IMG/VR virus record: IMGVR_UViG_3300024581_003238 | Coordinates: 79,988 to 143,987 of that record | Strand: one strand, 5' to 3' | DNA: 64,000 nt | Source: a virus | Shown: positions 55,033-64,000 of the stretch, in pieces | How the letters are laid out: each line of letters opens with the position of its first letter | Numbering within the stretch: the stretch's first letter is position 1 | Notes under the pieces: generated by a model | Database searches by the model: none | Told to the model about the DNA's origin: nothing | What the model saw: only the letters and a program-made list of their open reading frames with translations | Translations under genes and position numbers: made by a program

Positions 55033-55730
55033 AAAATACTATTTGGTTCTTTGGTGATAGTTTTACCGCTGGTGATGGATGTATTAAAGATAGACCGATT
55101 GACGGACAGTACTTAAAAGAATATCCAAAGGGAATATTATGGACTCAAGGTGTTGCCGACCATTTCCGTATGAATATAAAAAATATGTCAACTGGCGGGG
55201 CATCTAACGATTGGATAATTAATTCACTAATAAATGAATTACCAAATATACAACCTAACGATATTGTTGTTTTCCAATTATCATTTCCCGAAAGATTTCA
55301 ATTAATTGACAAATATGATAAAAATTATACCAATTTTATACCTACTGATTTTGTTGAACTTGATAACCCAAACAATATAACCTTAGATAAAGACGATAAG
55401 AAATACAACCAAGAGTTATATGAAGCATTAAGGGTTTATTTGATAGAATATAGAATACAACATCATGATATATTGATAGATTATCAACGTAATCAGGCTC
55501 AGAAATTACTAAAAAAAATAGAAGAGTCTGGTGTACAAACACTATTGTGGGATATTTCTAATAGACCCTCACTTGAAACGATTGATGATGTGATTGGGAA
55601 CGGGGATAAACACTGGTCATGGGGAGGACATAAAACTTGGATGAATATATGTATATCATTATTGGAAAATGATGTAGTAGAATATAAACCTTATCCACAT
55701 CCTAAAGGTAGTTCAGTAAAAATAGTATAA
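55029..55730 (+). CDS. SGNH/GDSL-like protein
   Basis: IWFFGDSFTAG, GGASNDWI and C-terminal GDKHWSWGGH. Confidence 0.65.
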   Translation: MKNTIWFFGDSFTAGDGCIKDRPIDGQYLKEYPKGILWTQGVADHFRMNIKNMSTGGASNDWIINSLINELPNIQPNDIVVFQLSFPERFQLIDKYDKNYTNFIPTDFVELDNPNNITLDKDDKKYNQELYEALRVYLIEYRIQHHDILIDYQRNQAQKLLKKIEESGVQTLLWDISNRPSLETIDDVIGNGDKHWSWGGHKTWMNICISLLENDVVEYKPYPHPKGSSVKIV

Positions 55731-55733
55731 AAT

Positions 55734-57395
55734 ATGTATTCAATCGGAATTTCGTGTTACTATCATGATTCATCACTATGTGTATTTAAAGATGGTAAAT
55801 TAATATTTGCATGTGAAGAAGAGAAGTTCACAGGTATAAAACATGATAAAAGTTTTCCCAAAAAAACACTAGAGTATGTAACTGAGAAATTCAAACTTAA
55901 TAAAGATAATACGGATGTTGTATGTTTTTATGAAGATCCCATAATAAAGAGAAAAAGAGTTATCGAGTTTTCTAAAAAACAATTCTTTAAAAATCCATTC
56001 TATTCATTAAGAAACTATTTTAATTTTTTAAAAAACAATAGGGAATTAAAGAAATTATTACCCACTATATCGGATAATATTTTTTATTCTAAACATCATC
56101 ACTCACATTTATATTATTCCTCCTTTAGTTCACCGTACAAAAGTGCGACTGCCATATCAATAGATGGTGTTGGTGAGTATGATACAACAACAATTTCAAA
56201 ATATGATGGGGGTGTGTTAGATGTTCAAACTATATCTTCTTACCCACATTCTTTAGGATTATTTTATTCTGCAATGACTTCCTTTTTAGGTTTTAGACCT
56301 AATGAAGGAGAATATAAAGTCATGGGGTTATCGTCCTACGGTAAAAAAACTAAGATGATTGAGAAGGTTAGTAAATTGATAACTTTTGAAAACGGAGAGA
56401 TCAAATGTAATTTGAAATATTTTAATTGGCATAAATCGGATAAGATTATGTACAATTATGAGTTATCAGAATTATTGGGAATTTTACCAAGACTACCTGA
56501 AGAAAAAATACTCATTAAACATAAGGATTTAGCGTTTGCGGTTCAATATGTTTATGAATATGTCTTTTTTCAATTATTGTCATATTTCGGGGAAGAACAT
56601 CAAAATAAAAATCTATGTTTAGGTGGTGGTTGTGCATATAATGGGTTGGCAAACGGTAAGATATATTATAAAACCGGATTTAGAAATGTATGGGTACCTC
56701 CCGCACCTTCTGATGCGGGATCATCAATAGGTTCGGTTATAAACTATCATGTAAATAAAGGTAATGAAGTTGAAATACCTGAAACACCTTTTTTAGGACC
56801 ATCGTATAATTTAACAAAAAGTATAAAAGAACATTTGAAGGGTAGGAGGTCTTTTTTTGTGGGTCATGATAATATATATAGAGTCGTCGCTAAAGAAATA
56901 AAAAAAGGTAAAGTTGTTGGTTGGTTTAGAGGGAGTATCGAATTTGGTGCAAGGGCTTTAGGTAACAGATCTATTTTAGCTGATCCCACCAACCCCAAAA
57001 TGAAAGACAGAATAAATAAAATGGTTAAGAGAAGAGAAGGTTTTAGACCTTTCGCACCTATGGTGACTAAAGAGAGACAAACTGAATACTTCCAATTAAG
57101 AAATGATTTACCTTATATGAACCAAGTAGTCAGAGTTAAAGAAAAGTATAGAGATACTTTGACCTCAACCACACACGTCGATGGGACTGCGAGAGTACAA
57201 ACGGTATATCGAAATAACGACATACATAATTTATTACGTGAATTTGAAAAAATAACCTCTCACCCCGTTTTACTAAACACTTCTTTTAATATTAAAGATA
57301 AAACAATGGTTTTAACACCTGAAGACGCAATTAATACTTTTGATGAAACAGATATAGATGTTTTAGTCTTAGGTAATTACATAATTTTTAAATGA
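55734..57395 (+). CDS. O-carbamoyltransferase (NodU/CmcH/TobZ family)
   Basis: YHDSS, EEEKFTGIKH, HHHSH, SIDGVGE, HSLGLFY, GEYKVMGL, GGCAYN, EFGARALGNRSILADP, HVDGTARVQTV and LLNTSFN. Confidence 0.93.
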   Translation: MYSIGISCYYHDSSLCVFKDGKLIFACEEEKFTGIKHDKSFPKKTLEYVTEKFKLNKDNTDVVCFYEDPIIKRKRVIEFSKKQFFKNPFYSLRNYFNFLKNNRELKKLLPTISDNIFYSKHHHSHLYYSSFSSPYKSATAISIDGVGEYDTTTISKYDGGVLDVQTISSYPHSLGLFYSAMTSFLGFRPNEGEYKVMGLSSYGKKTKMIEKVSKLITFENGEIKCNLKYFNWHKSDKIMYNYELSELLGILPRLPEEKILIKHKDLAFAVQYVYEYVFFQLLSYFGEEHQNKNLCLGGGCAYNGLANGKIYYKTGFRNVWVPPAPSDAGSSIGSVINYHVNKGNEVEIPETPFLGPSYNLTKSIKEHLKGRRSFFVGHDNIYRVVAKEIKKGKVVGWFRGSIEFGARALGNRSILADPTNPKMKDRINKMVKRREGFRPFAPMVTKERQTEYFQLRNDLPYMNQVVRVKEKYRDTLTSTTHVDGTARVQTVYRNNDIHNLLREFEKITSHPVLLNTSFNIKDKTMVLTPEDAINTFDETDIDVLVLGNYIIFK

Positions 57396-57514
57396 TGATA
57401 AAAAAAATAATTCAATGGTTTAAAGACCGAAAAGAAAAAAAGGAGAGAGAAAAAAGGTATAAGGAAAAAATAGAGAGGTTGAAAAAACAAGACCCATTTA
57501 CTTATAAACATTAA
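57392..57514 (+). CDS. 40-aa basic microprotein (not in ORF track)
   Basis: MMIKKIIQWFKDRKEKKEREKRYKEKIERLKKQDPFTYKH*. Overlaps the carbamoyltransferase stop and ends 1 nt before the next ATG. Confidence 0.55.
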   Translation: MMIKKIIQWFKDRKEKKEREKRYKEKIERLKKQDPFTYKH

Positions 57515-57515
57515 T

Positions 57516-58784
57516 ATGAAGGTAGTTCATACATATATAGATAGACAGAACTTAATATGGAAAGAGTTATTATACACTCAGTACTTAAGTGCGATTCTTG
57601 CAAAAAAACATTATGGAAATATTAGTTTTTATGGTGATGAATTCTCATGTAAACAAGTTAAAGATTTAGGTCTACCGTATGATGAGATAAACCAAGACAT
57701 ACTCAATACTAAGGACTGTGAGACATGGAGTGTACCTAAAATAAAAGTATTCGAATCAATTAAAGAACCTTTTCTTCATATTGACACAGATACATTACTT
57801 TTCAGTAAGATATTATTTGATAGATATGATAGTGATTATCTCTTTAGTCATAGGGACATGTATATTGGCGGTAAGGGAGACACACTTAAAAATCTATTCA
57901 CTTATTGGTTTTGTAATTTAGATGATAGAGAAATGGATAAAAATAAATATCCGTTCAGGTCCTTAGTTAAAGATAGTAATGGGAAAATACCAAAGATACT
58001 ATTAGAAACCACCTCAAAAAACATGGACTACCCACACGTCAATAGGACTTACAGTAAATTATTTTTTGATCTAATGGAAAGTATGTCAGATAAGGTTTTT
58101 GACAGTGCCCATTTCGAATCAATACCGAATATGAATATAACATACATAAGAAATCATGAAACTTTTAGTAAGGTATGTAGAGAAACTTTAGATCATTACA
58201 ATTTAAATAAATTAAGAATAGATGATGAGGTTTATGGTTCTTGTTACATAGAACAACTTATGTTACATACCAACTTGAGGTTATATGATAAAAAATATAG
58301 AAAGTCGAGTAAAAAAGGTAAGAACTTTATATTTCACGACATCCCAACAACAACCACAGATGCACATAATAATGTACCTAAAATTGATGATGTTAAATTC
58401 CCTTTTAAGTTGAATATAAATAATGATAATCATTTTAAATTATCTGACCCAAACGAAATTATAATCTCCCCACTATCTATAACTCAACCAAAACCAAATG
58501 ATTTTTATGAATTATCAATCAATGATATTCAGGACATTAAAAATTATTTTGATCATGAATTTAATGGGTTTTTTCATACTACTTACATGAAATGGTTCGA
58601 TATAATACAAGCAATCATTATTCATAAGTTAAGGAAAGAGATAGGTGACGATGAAATAAGGAAAATACACGGGTACTTTAAGACAAGATATCCTATTAGG
58701 AAATTACCCACTATTTCGGGTGGAGAAAGTCTATATACTAAACTTACTGGTTTCAAATTCTCGATTACCACGTCTGTAATTTAA
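57516..58784 (+). CDS. DUF6734-like protein, putative GT-A glycosyltransferase
   Basis: MKVVHTY, YGNISFYGD, LGLPYD and WSVPKIKVFESIKEPFLHIDTD (DxD). Confidence 0.6.
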   Translation: MKVVHTYIDRQNLIWKELLYTQYLSAILAKKHYGNISFYGDEFSCKQVKDLGLPYDEINQDILNTKDCETWSVPKIKVFESIKEPFLHIDTDTLLFSKILFDRYDSDYLFSHRDMYIGGKGDTLKNLFTYWFCNLDDREMDKNKYPFRSLVKDSNGKIPKILLETTSKNMDYPHVNRTYSKLFFDLMESMSDKVFDSAHFESIPNMNITYIRNHETFSKVCRETLDHYNLNKLRIDDEVYGSCYIEQLMLHTNLRLYDKKYRKSSKKGKNFIFHDIPTTTTDAHNNVPKIDDVKFPFKLNINNDNHFKLSDPNEIIISPLSITQPKPNDFYELSINDIQDIKNYFDHEFNGFFHTTYMKWFDIIQAIIIHKLRKEIGDDEIRKIHGYFKTRYPIRKLPTISGGESLYTKLTGFKFSITTSVI

Positions 58785-58844
58785 AAAAAAACAATTTGGT
58801 TCTTATAAATCTTACCAAAACTAAATTACTATTGAATTATAAAG

Positions 58845-58852
58845 TATTTATC
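58845..58852 (+). promoter_or_regulatory. TATTTATC motif reopening fibre genes
   Basis: Intergenic, 23 nt before the ATG at 58876. Confidence 0.45.
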
Positions 58853-58875
58853 TAATAAGAAAAACGTTTTTATAG

Positions 58876-61800
58876 ATGAATATATTTGATCCACACATTA
58901 CGGGATCCCTTTCCGTATCAGCATCTGCCGAGATACAAGGGGATTTGATAGTATCGGGGACTATTTTCGGTACAGCACAAATTAACGGAACTGTTGATGA
59001 TGCCATAAGTGCATCACATGCGGCTTCTTACCTACTCACATCAAGTTTTAACGACTACAAAGATACTGCGGCTACTACGGGTAGTAACGTGTTTATTGGG
59101 GATCAAACAATTAGTGGATCATTGTTACCCCAAGGAACACTTACTCATGATTTAGGTAGTGACACTCAAAGATGGAATGACATATATTTAGCGGGAAGTA
59201 CTATAGATTTAGGTGGTACAAAAATAACTAAGAATAGTGATGGTGATGTACAACTTCAGGATAGTAGTAACACCTTAAAAAGATTAATTGCGTCTGAGAT
59301 TGAGTTAGGTCACGGATCGAACAAGAAAGTTCTTAAAGTGAATAACGGTCGTTTAAAGTTAATGGCCACTAACGATAGTGACGAAGAATTGGCACAATTA
59401 TCGGGTTCGTTCACTGGATCCTTTAGGGGAGATGGTAGTGCTTTGATTAATGTTCCCGCAAGTGGAGTTACAGGTTTAAGTTTAGATAGGATTGTAAGTA
59501 CGTCAGCTACCGCATCCATATCAAGTGATGGGTTAATAACCAATGTATCTATTATACCTGACATTACAAATACAATAGATTTAGGTGCACCCGACAAAGA
59601 ATGGAGAGACCTTTATCTATCGTCAGGTTCATTATATATAAACGGACAACAAGTACTTTCAACTACAGGTACCGAATTAAGAGTCACTACAGATGGTGGT
59701 GAGTCAATAAAAATATTAGAAACAGGTTCCGACACTATTACATTACAGACTGCGGATGGTGATATTACCTTAAGTTCTTCGGGGACAGGTAATATAGAGT
59801 TGGATGCACCTGTACAAATAACCGCAGGTAATAAAATAATATCTTCAGACGGGAATTCAATTGTTTTCGGCAATGGATTGATTATTACTGGTAGTATTGG
59901 ATTAACAGGTACTGTTGATGGTGTTGATGTGTCAAGTCTTAAATCAAGTGTCGACGCCATTTTAGATTCATCTGAAGCCGATAAAGATTCGTTTGCCGAA
60001 ATCGTAGGATTAATCAATAGTGTTGATACTGCGAATGACCAAGCATTTGCAGCACATTACACCGCAAGTAATAATAGACTTAGTTCATTAGAAACAACTA
60101 GTGGTTCACACGATGGAAGATTAAGTTCATTAGAAACGACTAGTGGTTCACACTCATCTAAATTAAACTCTTTAGAATTAGCGTCAGGTTCTATAATTGA
60201 GAGGTTGGGGGAGATCGAGTTTATTACAGGATCACATGACGGTAGATTAGATCAATTAGAAACATTTACTAGTAGTGTGGACGGTACCATGAGGTCTGAC
60301 TTTAATAGTTATACCTCATCTAACGACTCAACTAATACAACTCAAAATAGTAGATTAGGTAGTTTAGAAACAAAAAGTGGTTCTTTAAATACCGATATTA
60401 AATCAAAACTAAATACGGAAAATGTTGTTTCAGGTTCTGAGTTTATTTTAAATTCGACCTCACCAATAACACAATATGTTGATGTTACCGTAACCGCAAG
60501 TGGTGGTGTATATTATATAGATGGTGTAGAACAACAAATTGTCTCATTAGCGAAAGGACTAGTTTATAGGTTTGATGTGTCAGACTCTTCAAATTCAGGA
60601 CATCCATTTAGATTCTCAACGACAGATAACAATCAATACACAGATGGTGTAACTGTAAATGGTACTGAAGGTTCATCAGGTGCATACGTTCAAATTATTG
60701 TAAATCAAGACACACCACAAACACTATTATACTATTGTACCAATCATAATGGTATGGGTAATAAAGTTTTCGTCGGTGGAGCTGGTGACACGGACTCAAT
60801 TACAGAAGGATCAACTAACCTTTACTATACGGATGCTAGAGTTAAATCCAAATTAAATACGGAAACTGTTATTAGTGGTTCTGAACAAGTTGATATAACA
60901 AATACTACAAATTATAATTTAGTTACCAATAGAATTGGTTATTTAGAATCATTCACTGCAAGTATTGATGATACTTACGCTACCGATACAGACGTAACTA
61001 CGTTAAGAAATGATTTAAATACATATACATCATCCAATGATTCAACTAACACATCACAAAACAATAGGTTAGGTTCGTTAGAAACTAAGACTGGTAGTTT
61101 AGATAGTGATATAAGTGATCTAAGGGGTGATTTAAATACCTACACGTCTTCAAACGAAACAGATAAACAAAACTTAAGTGGTAGGATAGATTCTTTAGAG
61201 ACTAAAACAGGGAGTTTAACAACCGATATTACTACTTTAGATGGTAGGGTTGATTCTATAGAGTCGTTTACTGCAAGTCTTGATGATACTTATGCTACTG
61301 ACACAGATGTAACTAACCTAACCAACAGAGTTGATAGTTTAGAAACCAAAAGTGGTTCATTAGAAACTACGAATACTACTCAGAATAATAGATTAAGTTC
61401 TTTAGAAACTAAGACTGGTAGTTTAGAAACCACCAATACCAATCAAGATGGTAGATTAGATTCAATAGAATCATTCACTGCAAGTATTGATGACACATAT
61501 GCAAGCGATACAGATGTTACTACTTTAAGAAATGATTTAAATACTTATACCTCATCTAACAACACAACTAACCAAAACCAAGATATTAGATTAACTAGTT
61601 TAGAAACTGAAAGTGGTAGTGTTAGAAGTGATTTTAATACATACACATCATCTAACGATTCAACTAATACGTCACAAAACAATAGACTGGGGTCACTTGA
61701 AACAACTTCAGGTTCTCATGACGGAAGGTTAGATTCAATAGAAACCAAGACGGGTAGTTTAGATGGTGACATTACAGGTTTAGATGGTAGGTTAGATACA

Positions 61801-64000
61801 ATAGAAGGTGGTTTAGAATTTACAGGTTCTAACGTAACTATCAAAGGTGATCTTTTAGTTAAGGGAACAGAAACAAGAGTGAATTCAACAACTGTTGAGG
61901 TGGGTGATAACATCATATCTTTAAATGGTAGTGGAGCACAAAATGCGGGTATAGAAGTTAGAGACAATACTTCTCCTGATTTATTATCGGGTTCATTATT
62001 ATGGGACGGACAAAACAACTATTGGAAGGGTGGTCAAAAAGGATCTGAAGAAAGATTATTAGATAATACTGATTTAACCACTTTAGATAGTAGATTAGAT
62101 GGTATTGAAGCAGAAACAGGAAGTTATCTTACAGATTATAATGATGAATACACAACAGGTGCGACATTCAATACAGGTAATGGGATACTTACATTTACAA
62201 GAAATGACGGAGATACTTATACTGTAGATATTGATGGTAGATATTTAAACACGAGAGCACAAGTACATAGTAAATTATATAGTACATCTGGTGACGCTAA
62301 TGATTATACCGAATTTGGTATATATAGAAATTATAATTCTAATGGACCTGTCAATGGTCACAACACAATACTACATGTATCTCAAACAGATGGTAATTAT
62401 GGTTTCCAATTAGGTAGTTCAACGGTAGCTAATGGAGACGGGTTATACTTCAGAAATTTCGCGGGTACTGATTCAATAACAGGTTCAACGTGGCTTCAGA
62501 TCGCAACAAGAGATTGGGTTGGTGATCAAAATTACCTAACAGACTATAACGATGAATACACGACAGGGGCTACTTTCAATACAGGTAACGGTGTAATTAC
62601 ATTTACAAGAAATGATGGGGACACATTTACTGTTGATATTGATGGAAGATTCTTAACTAGTTATTCTGAGACAGACACCTTAGACAGTGTTGCGGATAGA
62701 GGATCAACAACTGATCAAACACTAACGATGGGAGGAATCGTTGTTACAGGAGCATCCGCAACCGCAACAAGTATTAAATTTAATGAGTCAGGTACGGATG
62801 TTTTAGGTATAAGATATAGTGGTAATGTTAGTGGTAACCCATTAGACATATATAATTTCCAAAGTAGTTCTCTCCTAATGAGAATAATGGAGACAGGTGT
62901 AACCACTTTTAGTAATTCAGTCACTGCATCTTCATTTATTAAAAATGGGGGTACATCATCAGAATTCTTAAAGGCGGATGGTAGTGTCGATTCAAATACG
63001 TACTTAACACAACACCCAGCAATTGCGTCACCGGCATCATCTAATAACAGTGGTAGAACTTATATACAAGATATTTTATTAGATGGTAATGGTCACGTTA
63101 CAGGACTAACCACAGCCACTGAAACTGTCGTCAATACAGACACAAATGATATAGATTACATAAGTGGAGCAACCTTTAATACAGGTACAGGTGTTATCAC
63201 AGGTACTGGTACAGGTAACGCAGGATTCACTGTAGATATTGATGGTAGGTACGTTGAGTTAGGTGGAGGTACGATGACAGGTGGTTTAATTACAACAAAT
63301 TTACAAGTTCATGGAGGTTCCTCACAAATAGTTTTAAAAGACACTACGGACGATGACGACCATTCTATATTATTTAGAAATAACGCCGACGGTGATGATT
63401 ACAAGATAACAACCAAAGACTTTACGTCAGCGGATACGGGAGACGGATTCTACCTTGGTTCAACAGGGGGTGACAACGTTGCATTAGTAACAAACAATAC
63501 AACCGCATTAAATATTGATACTTCTCAGAATTCGGTCTTTTCAGGGAATGTCACTGCATCTTCATTTATTAAAAGTGGAGGTACTTCATCTCAATTCTTG
63601 AAAGCAGACGGTAGTGTTGATAGTAATACCTATTTAACACAACACCCAAATATATCTGCATCACCTTCGTCTAACAATAGTGGTAGAACTTACATACAAG
63701 ACATATTACTTGATAGTAATGGTCATGTTACAGGTTTAACAACTGCAAGTGAGACTGTAACTAATACAGACGAATTTACAACAGGTGCAACATTTAATAC
63801 AGGTAATGGTATTATCACATTCACAAGAAATGACGGAGATACTTATACTGTAGATATTGATGGTAGGTATTTAACGTCATTCACAGAAACCGATCCAATA
63901 TTTACGGGTCACGTAGCTTATAATATCACATCGACTCAAATAACTAATTGGGATACTGCATATGGTTGGGGAGATCATGCAGATGAAAATTACCTAACAC
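58876..64000 (+). CDS. Second giant tail fibre, at least 1708 aa, 3' end outside window (absent from ORF track)
   Basis: Frame 1 from ATG 58876 (MNIFDPHITGSLSVSASAEIQGDL...) reads open at every point I checked through to the last base (..TAYGWGDHADENYLT). It shares several modules with the 22413 gene. Confidence 0.85.
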   Translation, partial: MNIFDPHITGSLSVSASAEIQGDLIVSGTIFGTAQINGTVDDAISASHAASYLLTSSFNDYKDTAATTGSNVFIGDQTISGSLLPQGTLTHDLGSDTQRWNDIYLAGSTIDLGGTKITKNSDGDVQLQDSSNTLKRLIASEIELGHGSNKKVLKVNNGRLKLMATNDSDEELAQLSGSFTGSFRGDGSALINVPASGVTGLSLDRIVSTSATASISSDGLITNVSIIPDITNTIDLGAPDKEWRDLYLSSGSLYINGQQVLSTTGTELRVTTDGGESIKILETGSDTITLQTADGDITLSSSGTGNIELDAPVQITAGNKIISSDGNSIVFGNGLIITGSIGLTGTVDGVDVSSLKSSVDAILDSSEADKDSFAEIVGLINSVDTANDQAFAAHYTASNNRLSSLETTSGSHDGRLSSLETTSGSHSSKLNSLELASGSIIERLGEIEFITGSHDGRLDQLETFTSSVDGTMRSDFNSYTSSNDSTNTTQNSRLGSLETKSGSLNTDIKSKLNTENVVSGSEFILNSTSPITQYVDVTVTASGGVYYIDGVEQQIVSLAKGLVYRFDVSDSSNSGHPFRFSTTDNNQYTDGVTVNGTEGSSGAYVQIIVNQDTPQTLLYYCTNHNGMGNKVFVGGAGDTDSITEGSTNLYYTDARVKSKLNTETVISGSEQVDITNTTNYNLVTNRIGYLESFTASIDDTYATDTDVTTLRNDLNTYTSSNDSTNTSQNNRLGSLETKTGSLDSDISDLRGDLNTYTSSNETDKQNLSGRIDSLETKTGSLTTDITTLDGRVDSIESFTASLDDTYATDTDVTNLTNRVDSLETKSGSLETTNTTQNNRLSSLETKTGSLETTNTNQDGRLDSIESFTASIDDTYASDTDVTTLRNDLNTYTSSNNTTNQNQDIRLTSLETESGSVRSDFNTYTSSNDSTNTSQNNRLGSLETTSGSHDGRLDSIETKTGSLDGDITGLDGRLDTIEGGLEFTGSNVTIKGDLLVKGTETRVNSTTVEVGDNIISLNGSGAQNAGIEVRDNTSPDLLSGSLLWDGQNNYWKGGQKGSEERLLDNTDLTTLDSRLDGIEAETGSYLTDYNDEYTTGATFNTGNGILTFTRNDGDTYTVDIDGRYLNTRAQVHSKLYSTSGDANDYTEFGIYRNYNSNGPVNGHNTILHVSQTDGNYGFQLGSSTVANGDGLYFRNFAGTDSITGSTWLQIATRDWVGDQNYLTDYNDEYTTGATFNTGNGVITFTRNDGDTFTVDIDGRFLTSYSETDTLDSVADRGSTTDQTLTMGGIVVTGASATATSIKFNESGTDVLGIRYSGNVSGNPLDIYNFQSSSLLMRIMETGVTTFSNSVTASSFIKNGGTSSEFLKADGSVDSNTYLTQHPAIASPASSNNSGRTYIQDILLDGNGHVTGLTTATETVVNTDTNDIDYISGATFNTGTGVITGTGTGNAGFTVDIDGRYVELGGGTMTGGLITTNLQVHGGSSQIVLKDTTDDDDHSILFRNNADGDDYKITTKDFTSADTGDGFYLGSTGGDNVALVTNNTTALNIDTSQNSVFSGNVTASSFIKSGGTSSQFLKADGSVDSNTYLTQHPNISASPSSNNSGRTYIQDILLDSNGHVTGLTTASETVTNTDEFTTGATFNTGNGIITFTRNDGDTYTVDIDGRYLTSFTETDPIFTGHVAYNITSTQITNWDTAYGWGDHADENYLT
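62920..63759 (+). repeat. Two copies of a ~70-aa fibre module
   Basis: VTASSFIKxGGTSSxFLKADGSVDSNTYLTQHP...SSNNSGRTYIQDILLDxNGHVTGLTTAxETV at about 62920-63129 and 63550-63759. Confidence 0.85.

Noticed and set aside
1673-58852. T4-type late promoters (TATAAATA) firing on the minus strand
   Set aside because: The motif copies sit just upstream of plus-strand starts, with almost no minus-strand genes downstream, so a plus-strand role fits better. Antisense transcription is not formally excluded.
1654-62924. Numerous minus-strand and alternate-frame ORFs in the track (e.g. 1654-1908, 15343-15606, 20549-21079, 21086-21727, 23768-24319, 44340-44939, 59310-60017, 61716-62018)
   Set aside because: They lie within or antisense to well-supported plus-strand genes and have the composition of shadow frames. 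Only 10383-11033 and 11035-11199 are accepted on the minus strand.
1-64000. tRNA, rRNA, structured ncRNA, transposase or integrase
   Set aside because: Intergenic gaps are nearly all under 160 nt and are explained by promoters or terminators. I recognised no cloverleaf or recombinase motifs by eye. tRNAscan-SE and Infernal were not run.

Overview
This 64-kb window is an AT-rich, almost entirely plus-strand segment of a large tailed dsDNA phage genome. The host is probably a Bacteroidota bacterium: the ClpP, sigma70 and NusG look Bacteroidota-like, there are Hc1-like, DUF6576-like and DUF6734-like proteins, and starts are A-rich without Shine-Dalgarno sites. All product calls come from motifs I recognised by eye; no database search was run. 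Layout: (i) 1-15.5 kb has the end of an SbcC/gp46-like ATPase, ClpP, a sigma70, membrane proteins, a degenerate amidase, acidic probable virion proteins, an Hc1-like protein, a PAP2 phosphatase, Dam, NusG, an AAA+ ATPase, thioredoxin and glutaredoxin. (ii) 15.5-38.5 kb has four large Ser/Thr/Gly-rich fibre-like proteins (one of 2672 aa with a C-terminal peptidase S74-type chaperone) and six paralogous LamG/ConA-like proteins. (iii) 38.5-58.8 kb is a 20-kb glycan synthesis and tailoring cluster: GT-A enzymes, a methyltransferase, two GT7 enzymes each split by a lectin-like insert, four N-terminal-twitch radical SAM enzymes, three SGNH-like proteins, UDP-sugar dehydrogenase and a carbamoyltransferase. 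(iv) 58.9 kb to the end is a second giant fibre gene missing from the ORF track, containing a cupredoxin-like metal site. The best candidates for undescribed biology are the glycan cluster embedded among fibre and lectin genes, the GT7 enzymes with LamG inserts, an A10-dependent -1 frameshift adding a Pro/Thr-rich tail to a membrane protein, and a LamG array with swappable inserts. I found no tRNA, rRNA, CRISPR array, reverse transcriptase or transposase.
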